Shown here: in pieces, positions 24,799-39,100 of the stretch | How the letters are laid out: the number at the start of each line of letters is the position of its first letter | Numbering within the stretch: position 1 is the first letter of the stretch | Assembly (NCBI GenBank): GCA_032718475.1 | Contig: JAUCBJ010000950.1 | Location: 1 to 56,201, forward strand | Direction: 5' to 3' | Origin: Nemertoderma westbladi | Lineage: Eukaryota; Animalia; Xenacoelomorpha | DNA length: 56,201 nucleotides | The notes under the pieces: model-generated | What the model was told of the DNA's origin: nothing | The model's database searches: none | What the model saw: only the letters and a program-made list of their open reading frames with translations | Made by a program: the position numbers and the translations under genes

Positions 24799-27700
24799 CT
24801 GTTCTTTTGACTTTCATTTAAGATTCTTTATCTCGTGGAGTGGGATAGAAGTTATAAATATGAAAATCGATATGGTTTTTGAAAAAAATCAGAGGATATT
24901 TTGATAAATTATTGCAGAAAAATACCAAGGATTTTGACATGGATTTAATACTTCATTATGTTCATGAAATAGCTGAGATATTTGAGGTGAATTATTGCAT
25001 TACATAATAACTTTAGCTCCAGCCACTTTAGCAATGCGATGAAACTATAATAAATATTCTAGAACACAACAATATTAATAGGGAGATAGGCTACTTATCT
25101 CTCAACTCAGACAGCCACAGATAGGGGGTGTTCTGACACAATCAAAATTCATCCATCTCCAGCGGAAAGACGTAGCATATAACAGCTGATTACTGCTATA
25201 AATGTAAGTGTTACCTGTTCTTTTGACTTTCATTTAAGATTCTCTATCTCGTGGAGTGGGTTAGAAGTTATAAATATTAAAATCGATATGGTTATAGTAA
25301 AGAATCAGAGGATATTTTGATAAATTATTGCAGAAAAATACCAAGGATTTTGACATGGCTTTAATACTTCATTATGTTCATGAAATAGCTGAGATATTTG
25401 AGGTGAATTATTGTATTATGAGTTAACTTCAGCTCCAGTCACTTTGGCAATACGATGAAACTATAAAAAATATTCTAGAACACAACAATATTAATAGGGA
25501 GATAGGCTACTTATCTCTCCACTCAGAAAGCCACAGATAGGGGGTGTTCTGACACAATCAAAATTCATCCATCTCCAGCAGAAAGACGTAGCAAATAACA
25601 GCTGATTACTTCTATAAATGTCAGTGTTACCTGTTCTTTTGACTTTCATTTAAGATTCTTTATCTCGTGGAGTGGGATAGAAGTTATAAATATGAAAATT
25701 GATATGGTTTTTGAAAAAAATCAGAGGATATTTTGATAAATTATTGCAGAAAAATACCAAGGATTTTGACATGGATTTAATACTTCATTATGTTCATGAA
25801 ATAGCTGAGATATTTGAGGTGAATTATTGTATTATGAGTCAACTTCAGCTCTAGTCACTTTGGCAATACGATGAAACTATAATAAATATTCTAGAACACA
25901 ACAATATTAACAGGGAGATAGGCTACTTATCTCTCCACTCAGACAGCCACAGATAGGGGGTGTTCCAACGCAATCAAAATTCATCCATCTCCAGCGGAAA
26001 GACGTAGCAAATAACATCTGATTACTGCTATAAATGTGAGTGTTACCTGTTCTTTTGACGTTCATTTAAGATTCTCTATCTCGTGGAGTGGGATAGAAGT
26101 TATAAATATGAAAATCGATATGGTTTTTGTAAAAAATCAGAGGATATTTTGATAAATTATTGCAGAAAAACACCAAGGATTTTGACATGGCTTTAATACT
26201 TCATTATGTTCATGAAATAGCTGAGATATTTGAGGTGAATTATTGCATTACATAATAACTTTAGCTCCAGCCACTTTAGCAATACGATGAAACTATAATA
26301 AATATTCTAGAACACAACAATATTAATACGGAAACAGGATACTTATCTCTCCACTCAGACAGCCACAGATAGGGGGTGTTCTGACACAATCAAAATTCAT
26401 CCATCTCCAGCGGAAAGACGTAGCATATACCAGCTGATTACTGCTATAAATGTAAGTGTTACCTGTTCTTTTGACGTTCATTTAAGATTCTCTATCTCGT
26501 GGAGTGGGATAGAAGTTATAAATATGAAAATCGATATGGTTTTTGTAAAAAATTAGAGGATATTTTGATAAATTATTGCAGAAAAACACCAAGGATTTTG
26601 ACATGGCTTTAATACTTCATTATGTTCATGAAATAGCTGAGATATTGGAGGTGAATTATTGCATTACATAATAACTTTAGCTCCTGCCACTTTAGCAATA
26701 CGATGAAACTATAATAAATATTCTAGAACACAACAATATTAATATGGAAACAGGATACTTATCTCTCCACTCAGACAGCCACAGATAGGGGGTGTTCTGA
26801 CACAATCAAAATTCATCCATCTCCAGCGGAAAGACGTAGCATATAACAGCTGATTACTGCTATAAATGTAAGTGTTACCTGTTCTTTTGACTTTCATTTA
26901 AGATTCTCTATCTCGTGGAGTGGGTTAGAAGTTATAAATATTAAAATCGATATGGTTATAGTAAAGAATCAGAGGATATTTTGATAAATTATTGCAGAAA
27001 AATACCAAGGATTTTGACATGGCTTTAATACTTCATTATGTTCATGAAATAGCTGAGATATTTGAGGTGAATTATTGTATTATGAGTTAACTTCAGCTCC
27101 AGTCACTTTGGCAATACGATGAAACTATAAAAAATATTCTAGAACACAACAATATTAATAGGGAGATAGGCTACTTATCTCTCCACTCAGAAAGCCACAG
27201 ATAGGGGGTGTTCTGACACAATCAAAATTCATCCATCTCCAGCAGAAAGACGTAGCAAATAACAGCTGATTACTTCTATAAATGTCAGTGTTACCTGTTC
27301 TTTTGACTTTCATTTAAGATTCTTTATCTCGTGGAGTGGGATAGAAGTTATAAATATGAAAATTGATATGGTTTTTGAAAAAAAACAGAGGATATTTTGA
27401 TAAATTATTGCAGAAAAATACCAAGGATTTTGACATGGATTTAATACTTCATTATGTTCATGAAATAGCTGAGATATTTGAGGTGAATTATTGCATTACA
27501 TAATAACTTTAGCTCCAGCCACTTTAGCAATGCGATGAAACTATAATAAATATTCTAGAACACAACAATATTAATAGGGAGATAGGCTACTTATCTCTCA
27601 ACTCAGACAGCCACAGATAGGGGGTGTTCTGACACAATCAAAATTCATCCATCTCCAGCGGAAAGACGTAGCATATAACAGCTGATTACTGCTATAAATG

Positions 27701-30700
27701 TAAGTGTTACCTGTTCTTTTGACTTTCATTTAAGATTCTCTATATCGTGGAGTGGGTTAGAAGTTATAAATATTAAAATCGATATGGTTATAGTAAAGAA
27801 TCAGAGGATATTTTGATAAATTATTGCAGAAAAATACCAAGGATTTTGACATGGCTTTAATACTTCATTATGTTCATGAAATAGCTGAGATATTTGAGGT
27901 GAATTATTGTATTATGAGTTAACTTCAGCTCCAGTCACTTTGGCAATACGATGAAACTATAAAAAATATTCTAGAACACAACAATGTTAATAGGGAGATA
28001 GGCTACTTATCTCTCCACTCAGAAAGCCACAGATAGGGGGTGTTCTGACACAATCAAAATTCATCCATCTCCAGCAGAAAGACATAGCAAATAACAGCTG
28101 ATTACTTCTATAAATGTCAGTGTTACCTGTTTTTTTGACTTTCATTTAAGATTCTTTATCTCGTGGAGTGGGATAGAAGTTATAAATATGAAAATTGATA
28201 TGGTTTTTGAAAAAAAACAGAGGATATTTTGATAAATTATTGCAGAAAAATACCAAGGATTTTGACATGGATTTAATACTTCATTATGTTCATGAAATAG
28301 CTGAGATATTTGAGGTGAATTATTGCATTACATAATAACTTTAGCTCCAGCCACTTTAGCAATGCGATGAAACTATAATAAATATTCTAGAACACAACAA
28401 TATTAATAGGGAGATAGGCTACTTATCTCTCAACTCAGACATCCACAGATAGGGGGTGTTCTGACACAATCAAAATTCATGCATCTCCAGCGGAAAGACG
28501 TAGCAAATAACAGCTGATTACTTCTATAAATGTAAGTGTTACCTGTTCTTTTGACTTTCATTTAAGATACTTTATCTCGTGGAGTGGGATAGAAGTTATA
28601 AATATGAAAATTGATATGGTTTTTGAAAAAAATCAGAGGATATTTTGATAAATTATTGCAGAAAAATACCAAGGATTTTGACATGGATTTAATACTTCAT
28701 TATGTTCATGAAATAGCTGAGATATTTGAGGTGAATTATTGTATTATGAGTCAACTTCAGCTCTAGTCACTTTGGCAATACGATGAAACTATAATAAATA
28801 TTCTAGAACACAACAATATTAATACGGAAACAGGATACTTATCTCTCCACTCAGACAGCCACAGATAGGGGGTGTTCCGACACAATCAAAATTCATCCAT
28901 CTCCAGCGGAAAGACGTAGCATATAACAGCTGATTACTGCTATAAATGTAAGTGTTACCTGTTCTTTTGACGTTCATTTAAGATTCTCTATCTCGTGGAG
29001 TGGGATAGAAGTTATAAATATGAAAATCGATATGGTTATAGTAAAGAATCAGAGGATATTTTGATAAATTATTGCAGAAAAACACCAAGGATTTTGACAT
29101 GGCTTTAATACTTCATTATGTTCATGAAATAGCTGAGATATTGGAGGTGAATTATTGCATTACATAATAACTTTAGCTCCTGCCACTTTAGCAATACGAT
29201 GAAACTATAATAAATATTCTAGAACACAACAATATTAATACGGAAACAGGATTCTTATCTCTCCACTCAGACAGCCACAGATAGGGGGTGTTCTGACACA
29301 ATCAAAATTCATCCATCTCCAGCGGAAAGACGTAGCATATAACAGCTGATTACTGCTATAAATGTAAGTGTTACCTGTTCTTTTGACTTTCATTGAAGAT
29401 TCTCTATCTCGTGGAGTGGGTTAGAAGTTATAAATATTAAAATCGATATGTTTATAGTAAAGAATCAGAGGATATTTTGATAAATTATTGCAGAAAAATA
29501 CCAAGGATTTTGACATGGCTTTAATACTTCATTATGTTCATGAAATAGCTGAGATATTTGAGGTGAATTATTGTATTATGAGTTAATTTCAGCTCCAGTC
29601 ACTTTGGCAATACGATGAAACTATAAAAAATATTCTAGAACACAACAATATTAATAGGGAGATAGGCTACTTATCTCTCCACTCAGAAAGCCACAGATAG
29701 GGGGTGTTCCAACGCAATCAAAATTAATCCATCTCCCTCGGAAAGACGTAGCAAATAACAGCTGATTACTGCTATAAATGTAAGTGTTACCTGTTCTTTT
29801 GACGTTCATTTAAGATTCTCTATCTCGTGGAGTGGGATAGAAGTTATAAATATGAAAATCGATATGGTTTTTGAAAAAAATCAGACGAAATTTTGATAAA
29901 TTATTGCAGAAAAACACCAATGATTTTGACATGGCTTTAATACTTCATTATGTTCATGAAATAGCTGAGATATTTGAGGTGAATTATTGCATTACATAAT
30001 AACTTTAGCTCCAGTCACTTTGGCAATACGATGAAACAATAATAAATATTCTAGAACACAACAATATTAATAGGGAGATAGGATACTTATCTCTCCACTC
30101 AGACAGCCACAGATAGGGGGTGTTCCAACGCAATCAAAATTAATCCATCTCCCTCGGAAAGACGTAGCAAATAACAGCTGATTACTGCTATAAATGTAAG
30201 TGTTACCTGTTCTTTTGACGTTCATTTAAGATTCTCTATCTCGTGGAGTGGGATAGAAGTTATAAATATGAAAATCGATATGGTTTTTGTAAAAAATCAG
30301 AGGATATTTTGATAAATTATTGCAGAAAAACACCAAGGATTTTGACATGGCTTTAATACTTCATTATGTTCATGAAATAGCTGAGATATTTGAGGTGAAT
30401 TATTGCATTACATAATAACTTTAGCTCCAGCCACTTTAGCAATACGATGAAACTATAATAAATATTCTAGAACACAACAATATTAATAGGGAGATAGGCT
30501 ACTTATTTCTCAACTCAGACAGCCACAGATAGGTGGTGTTCTGACACACTCAAAATTCATCCATCTCCAGCGGAAAGACGTAGCAAATAACAGCTGATTA
30601 CTTCTATAAATGTAAGTGTTACCTGTTCTTTTGACTTTCATTTAAGATTCTTTATCTCGTGGAGTGGGATAGAAGTTATAAATATGAAAATTGATATGGT

Positions 30701-33016
30701 TTTTGAAAAAAATCAGAGGATATTTTGATAAATTATTGCAGAAAAATAACAAAGATTTTGACATGGATTTAATACTTCATTATGTTCATGAAATAGCTGA
30801 GATATTTGAGGTCAATTATTGCATTACATAATAACTTTTAGCTCCAGCCACTTTAGCAATGCGATGAAACTATAATAAATATTCTAGAACACAACAATAT
30901 TAATAGGGAGATAGGCTACTTATCTCTCAACTCAGACAGCCACAGATAGGGGTGTTCTGACACAATCAAAATTCATCCATCTCCAGCGGAAAGACGTAGC
31001 AAATAACAGCTGATTACTTCTATAAATGTAAGTGTTACCTGTTCTTTTGATTTTCATTTAAGATTATCTATCTCGTGGAGTGGGTTAGAAGTTATAAATA
31101 TTAAAATCGATATGTTTATAGTAAAGAATCAGAGGATATTTTGATAAATTATTGCAGAAAAATACCAAGGATTTTGACATGGCTTTAATACTTCATTATG
31201 TTCATGAAATAGCTGAGATATTTGAGGTGAATTATTGTATTATGAGTTAATTTCAGCTCCAGTCACTTTGGCAATACGATGAAACTATAAAAAATATTCT
31301 AGAACACAACAATATTAATAGGGAGATAGGCTACTTATCTCTCCACTCAGAAAGCCACAGATAGGGGGTGTTCCAACGCAATCAAAATTAATCCATCTCC
31401 CTCGGAAAGACGTAGCAAATAACAGCTGATTACTGCTATAAATGTAAGTGTTACCTGTTCTTTTGACGTTCATTTAAGATTCTCTATCTCGTGGAGTGGG
31501 ATAGAAGTTATAAATATGAAAATCGATATGGTTTTTGAAAAAAATCAGACGAAATTTTGATAAATTATTGCAGAAAAACACCAATGATTTTGACATGGCT
31601 TTAATACTTCATTATGTTCATGAAATAGCTGAGATATTTGAGGTGAATTATTGCATTACATAATAACTTTAGCTCCAGTCACTTTGGCAATACGATGAAA
31701 CAATAATAAATATTCTAGAACACAACAATATTAATAGGGAGATAAGATACTTATCTCTCCACTCAGAAAGCCACAGATAGGGGGTGTTCCAACGCAATCA
31801 AAATTAATCCATCTCCCTCGGAAAGACGTAGCAAATAACAGCTGATTACTGCTATAAATGTAAGTGTTACCTGTTCTTTTGACGTTCATTTAAGATTATC
31901 TATCTCGTGGAGTGGGATAGAAGTTATAAATATGAAAATCGATATGGTTTTTGTAAAAAATCAGAGGATATTTTGATAAATTATTGCAGAAAAACACCAA
32001 GGATTTTGACATGGCTTTAATACTTCATTATGTTCATGAAATAGCTGAGATATTTGAGGTGAATTATTGCATTACATAATAACTTTAGCTCCAGCCACTT
32101 TAGCAATACGATGAAACTATAATAAATATTCTAGAACACAACAATATTAATAGGGAGATAGGCTACTTATTTCTCAACTCAGACAGCCACAGATAGGTGG
32201 TGTTCTGACACACTCAAAATTCATCCATCTCCAGCGGAAAGACGTAGCAAATAACAGCTGATTACTTCTATAAATGTAAGTGTTACCTGTTCTTTTGACT
32301 TTCATTTAAGATTCTTTATCTCGTGGAGTGGGATAGAAGTTATAAATATGAAAATTGATATGGTTTTTGAAAAAAATCAGAGGATATTTTGATAAATTAT
32401 TGCAGAAAAATAACAAAGATTTTGACATGGATTTAATACTTCATTATGTTCATGAAATAGCTGAGATATTTGAGGTCAATTATTGCATTACATAATAACT
32501 TTAGCTCCAGCCACTTTAGCAATGCGATGAAACTATAATAAATATTCTAGAACACAACAATATTAATAGGGAGATAGGCTACTTATCTCTCAACTCAGAC
32601 AGCCACAGATAGGGGTGTTCTGACACAATCAAAATTCATCCATCTCCAGCGGAAAGACGTAGCAAATAACAGCTGATTACTTCTATAAATGTAAGTGTTA
32701 CCTGTTCTTTTGATTTTCATTTAAGATTATCTATCTCGTGGAGTGGGTTAGAAGTTATAAATATTAAAATCGATATGGTTATAGTAAAGAATCAGATGAT
32801 ATTTTGATAAATTATTGCAGAAAAACACCAATTATTTTGACATGGCTTTAATACTTCATTATGTTCATGAAATAGCTGAGATATTTGAGGTGAATTATTG
32901 CATTACATAATAATTTTAGCTCCAGCCACTTTAGCAATACGATGAAACAATAATAAATATTCTAGAACACAGCAATATTAATAGGGAGATAGGATACTTA
33001 TCTCTCCAGCCAGAAA

Positions 33017-33157
33017 CCAGTTTAACTGAGTACCAGTTAAATAACTGGGAGCAAATCTTGGGATAGGAGTAGCGCCCACCCCTACCCTCGGGTAGCAGCT
33101 ATCGAAAGAGGAGCCTTCGGGTCGCCTCCGGCTTCAGCCGACTGTTTGCTTGCTTTG
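33017..33157 (+). mobile_element. 141-bp SINE/LINE-3'-end-like insert, copy 2
   Basis: Flanked by ccagccagaaa / ccacccagaaa, with a tgtttgcttgctttg tail. Confidence 0.8.
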
Positions 33158-36015
33158 CCACCCAGAAAGCCACAGATAGGGGGTGTTCCAACGCAATCAA
33201 AATTAATCCATCTCCAGCGGAAAGACGTAGCAAATAACAGCTGATTACTTCTATAAATGTAAGTGTTACCTGTTCTTTTGATTTTCATTTAAGATTATCT
33301 ATCTCGTGGAGTGGGTTAGAAGTTATAAATATTAAAATCGATATGGTTATAGTAAAGAATCAGAGGATATTTTGATAAATTATTGCAGAAAAATAACAAG
33401 GATTTTGACATGGATTTAATACTTCATTATGTTCATGAAATAGCTGAGATATTTGAGGTCAATTAATCCACTACATAATAACTTTAGCTCCAGCCACTTT
33501 AGCAATGCGATGAAACTATAATAAATATTCTAGAACACAACAATATTAATAGGGAGATAGGCTACTCATCTCTCCACTCAGACATCCACAGATAGGGGGT
33601 GTTCTGACACAATCAAAATTGAGGTGAATTATTGTATTATGAGTTAACTTCAGCTCCAGTCACTTTGGCAATACGATAAAACTATAATAAATATTCTAGA
33701 ACACAACAATATTAACTGGGAGATAGGCTACTTATCTCTCCACTCAGAAAGCCACAGATAGGGTTTTTTTTTGACACAATCAAAATTCATCCATCTCCAG
33801 CTGAAAGACGTAGCAAATAACAGCTGATTACTTCTATAAATGTAAGTGTTACCTGTTGTTTTGACGTTCATTTAAGATTCTCTATCTCGTGGAGTGGGAT
33901 AGAAGTTATAAATATGAAAATCGATATGGTTTTTGAAAAAAATCAGAGGATATTTTGATAAATTATTGCAGAAAAACACCAATGATTTTGACATGGCTTT
34001 AATACTTCATTATTTTCATGAAATAGCTGAGATATTTGCATTAAATAATAACTTTAGCTCAGGCCACTTTAGCAATACGATGAAACAATAATAAATATTC
34101 TAGAACACAGCAATATTAATAGGGAGATAGGCTACTTATCTCTCCACGCATACAACCACAGATAGGGGGTGTTCTGACCCAATCAAAATTCATTCATCTT
34201 CAGCGGAAAGACGTAGCAAATAACTGAGGTGAATTATAGCATTAGTTAACTTCAGCTCCAGTTACTTTGGCAATATGATGAAACTGTAATAAATATTCTA
34301 GAACACAACAATATTAACATGGAAACAGGCTACTTATCTCTCCACTCAGAAAGCCACAGATAGGGGGTGTTCTGACACAATCAAAATTCATCCATCTCCA
34401 GCGGAAAGACGTAGCAAATAACAACTGATTACATCTATAAATGTAAGTGTTACCTGTTCTTTTGATTTTCATTTAAGATTATCTATCTCGTGGAGTGGGT
34501 TAGAAGTTATAAATATTAAAATCGATATGGTTATAGTAAAGAATCAGAGGATATTTTGATAAATTATTGCAGAAAAATACCAAGGATTTTGACATGGCTT
34601 TAATACTTCATTATGTTCATCAAATAGCTGAGATATTTGAAGTGAATTATTGTATTATGAGTTAACTTCAGCTCTAGTAACTTTGGCAATACGATGAAAC
34701 TATAAAAAATATTCTAGAACACAACAATATTAACAGGGAGATAGGCTACTTATCTCTCCACTCAGACAGCCACAGATAGGGGGTGTTCCAACGCAATCAA
34801 AATTCATCCATCTCCAGCAGAAAGACATAGCAAATAACAGCTGATTACTTCTATAAATGTAAGTGTTACCTGTTCTTTTGACGTTCATTTAAGATTCTCT
34901 ATCTCATGGAGTGGGATAGAAGTTATAAATATGACAATCGATATGGTTTTTATAAAAAATCAGAGGATATTTTGATAAATTATTGCAGAAAAACACCAAG
35001 GATTTTGACATGGCTTTAATACTTCATTATTTTCATGAAATAGCTGAGATATTTGAGGTAAAATATTGCATTACATAATAACTTTAGCTCCTGCCACTTT
35101 AGCAATACGATGAAACTATAATAAATATTCTAGAACACAACAATATTAATAGGGAGATAGGCTACTTATCTCTCAACTCAGACAGCCACAGATAGGGGGT
35201 GTTCTGACACAATCAAAATTCATCCATCTCCAGTGGAAAGACGTAGCAAATAACAGCTGATTACTTCTATAAATGTCAGTGTTACCTGTTCTTTTGACTT
35301 TCATTTAAGATTCTTTATCTCGTGGAGTGGGATAGAAGTTATAAATATGAAAATTGATATGGTTTTTGAAAAAAATCAGAGGATATTTTGATAAATTATT
35401 GCAGAAAAATAACAAGGATTTTGACATGGATTTAATACTTCATTATGTTCATGAAATAGCTGAGATATTTGAGGTCAATTATTGCATTACATAATAACTT
35501 TAGCTCCAGCCACTTTAGCAATGCGATGAAACTATAATAAATATTCTAGAACACAACAATATTAATAGGGAGATAGGCTACTTATCTCTCAACTCAGACA
35601 GCCACAGATAGGGGTGTTCTGACACAATCAAAATTCATCCATTCCCAGCGGAAAGACGTAGCAAATAACAGCTGATTACTTCTATAAATGTAAGTGTTAC
35701 CTGTTCTTTTGATTTTCATTTAAGATTATCTATCTCGTGGAGTGGGTTAGAAGTTATAAATATTAAAATCGATATGGTTATAGTAAAGAATCAGAGGATA
35801 TTTTGATAAATTATTGCAGAAAAACACCAATTATTTTGACATGGCTTTAATACTTCATTATGTTCATGAAATAGCTGAGATATTTGAGGTGAATTATTGC
35901 ATTACATAATAATTTTAGCTCCAGCCACTTTAGCAATACGATGAAACAATAATAAATATTCTAGAACACAGCAATATTAATAAGGAGATAGGATACTTAT
36001 CTCTCCACCCAGAAA

Positions 36016-36156
36016 CCAGTTTAACTGAGTACCAGTTAAATAACTGGGAGCAAATCTTGGGATAGGAGTAGCGCCCACCCCTACCCTCGGGTAGCAGCTA
36101 TCGAAAGAGGAGCCTTCGGGTCGCCTCCGGCTTCGGCCGACTGTTTGCTTGCTTTG
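36016..36156 (+). mobile_element. 141-bp SINE/LINE-3'-end-like insert, copy 3
   Basis: Perfect 11-bp TSD ccacccagaaa (36005-36015 and 36157-36167), short-repeat 3' tail and several tetraloop hairpins. Confidence 0.82.
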
Positions 36157-39100
36157 CCACCCAGAAAGCCACAGATAGGGGGTGTTCCAACGCAATCAAA
36201 ATTAATCCATCTCCAGCGGAAAGACGTAGCAAATAACAGCTGATTACTTCTATAAATGTAAGTGTTACCTGTTCTTTTTATTTTCATTTAAGATTATCTA
36301 TCTCGTGGAGTGGGTTAGAAGTTATAAATATTAAAATCGATATGGTTATAGTAAAGAATCAGAGGATATTTTGATAAATTATTGCAGAAAAATAACAAGG
36401 ATTTTGACATGGATTTAATACTTCATTATGTTCATGAAATAGCTGAGATATTTGAGGTCAATTATTGCATTACATAATAACTTTAGCTCCAGCCACTTTA
36501 GCAATACGATGAAACTATAATAAATATTCTAGAACACAACAATATTAATACGGAAACAGGATACTTATCTCTCCACTCAGACAGCCACAGATAGGGGGTG
36601 TTCTGACACAATCAAAATTCATCCATCTCCAGCGGAAAGACGTAGCATATACCAGCTGATTACTGCTATAAATGTAAGTGTTACCTGTTCTTTTGACGTT
36701 CATTTAAGATTCTCTATCTCGTGGAGTGGGATAGAAGTTATAAATATGAAAATCGATATGGTTTTTGTAAAAAATCAGAGGATATTTTGATAAATTATTG
36801 CAGAAAAACACCAATGATTTTGACATGGCTTTAATACTTCATTATGTTCATGAAATAGCTGAGATATTGGAGGTGAATTATTGCATTACATAATAACTTT
36901 AGCTCCTGCCACTTTAGCAATACGATGAAACTATAATAAATATTCTAGAACACAACAATATTAATATGGAAACAGGATACTTATCTCTCCACTCAGACAG
37001 CCACAGATAGGGGGTGTTCTGACACAATCAAAATTCATCCATCTCCAGCGGAAAGACGTAGCATATAACAGTTGATTACTGCTATAAATGTAAGTGTTAC
37101 CTGTTCTTTTGACGTTCATTTAAGATTCTCTATCTCGTGGAGTGGGATAGAAGTTATAAATATGAAAATCGATATGGTTTTTGTAAAAAATTAGAGGATA
37201 TTTTGATAAATTATTGCAGAAAAACACCAAGGATTTTGACATGGCTTTAATACTTCATATGTTCATGAAATAGCTGAGATATTTGAGGTGAATTATTGTA
37301 TTATGAGTCAACTTCAGCTCTAGTCACTTTGGCAATACGATGAAACTATAATAAATATTCTAGAACACAACAATATTAACAGGGAGATAGGCTACTTATC
37401 TCTCCACTCAGACAGCCACAGATAGGGGGTGTTCCAACGCAATCAAAATTCATCCATCTCCAGCGGAAAGACGTAGCAAATAACATCTGATTACTGCTAT
37501 AAATGTAAGTGTTACCTGTTCTTTTGACGTTCATTTAAGATTCTCTATCTCGTGGAGTGGGATAGAAGTTATAAATATGAAAATCGATATGGTTTTTGTA
37601 AAAAATTAGAGGATATTTTGATAAATTATTGCAGAAAAACACCAAGGATTTTGACATGGCTTTAATACTTCATTATGTTCATGAAATAGCTGAGATATTG
37701 GAGGTGAATTATTGCATTACATAATAACTTTAGCTCCTGCCACTTTAGCAATACGATGAAACTATAATAAATATTCTAGAACACAGCAATATTAATATGG
37801 AAACAGGATACTTATCTCTCCACTCAGACAGCCACAGATAGGGGGTGTTCTGACACAATCAAAATTCATCCATCTCCAGTGGAAAGACGTAGCATATAAC
37901 AGCTGATTACTGCTATAAATGTAAGTGTTACCTGTTCTTTTGACTTTCATTTAAGATTCTCTATCTCGTGGAGTGGGTTAGAAGTTATAAATATTAAAAT
38001 CGATATGGTTATAGTAAAGAATCAGAGGATATTTTGATAAATTATTGCAGAAAAATACCAAGGATTTTGACATGGCTTTAATACTTCATTATGTTCATGA
38101 AATAGCTGAGATATTTGAGGTGAATTATTGTATTATGAGTTAACTTCAGCTCCAGTCACTTTGGCAATACGATGAAACTATAAAAAATATTCTAGAACAC
38201 AACAATATTAATAGGGAGATAGGCTACTTATCTCTCCACTCAGAAAGCCACAGATAGGGGGTGTTCTGACACAATCAAAATTCATCCATCTCCAGCAGAA
38301 AGACGTAGCAAATAACAGCTGATTACATCTATAAATGTCAGTGTTACCTGTTCTTTTGACTTTCATTTAAGATTCTTTATCTCGTGGAGTGGGATAGAAG
38401 TTATAAATATGAAAATTGATATGGTTTTTGAAAAAAAACAGAGGATATTTTGATAAATTATTGCAGAAAAATACCAAGGATTTTGACATGGATTTAATAC
38501 TTCATTATGTTCATGAAATAGCTGAGATATTTGAGGTGAATTATTGTATTATGAGTCAACTTCAGCTCTAGTCACTTTGGCAATACGATGAAACTATAAT
38601 AAATATTCTAGAACACAACAATATTAACAGGGAGATAGGCTACTTATCTCTCCACTCAGACAGCCACAGATAGGGGGTGTTCCAACGCAATCAAAATTCA
38701 TCTATCTCCAGCGGAAAGACGTAGCAAATAACATCTGATTACTGCTATAAATGTAAGTGTTACCTGTTCTTTTGACGTTCATTTAAGATTCTCTATCTCG
38801 TGGAGTGGGATAGAAGTTATAAATATGAAAATCGATATGGTTTTTGTAAAAAATTAGAGGATATTTTGATAAATTATTGCAGAAAAACACCAAGGATTTT
38901 GACATGGCTTTAATACTTCATATGTTCATGAAATAGCTGAGATATTTGAGGTGAATTATTGTATTATGAGTCAACTTCAGCTCTAGTCACTTTGGCAATA
39001 CGATGAAACTATAATAAATATTCTAGAACACAACAATATTAACAGGGAGATAGGCTACTTATCTCTCCACTCAGACAGCCACAGATAGGGGGTGTTCCAA

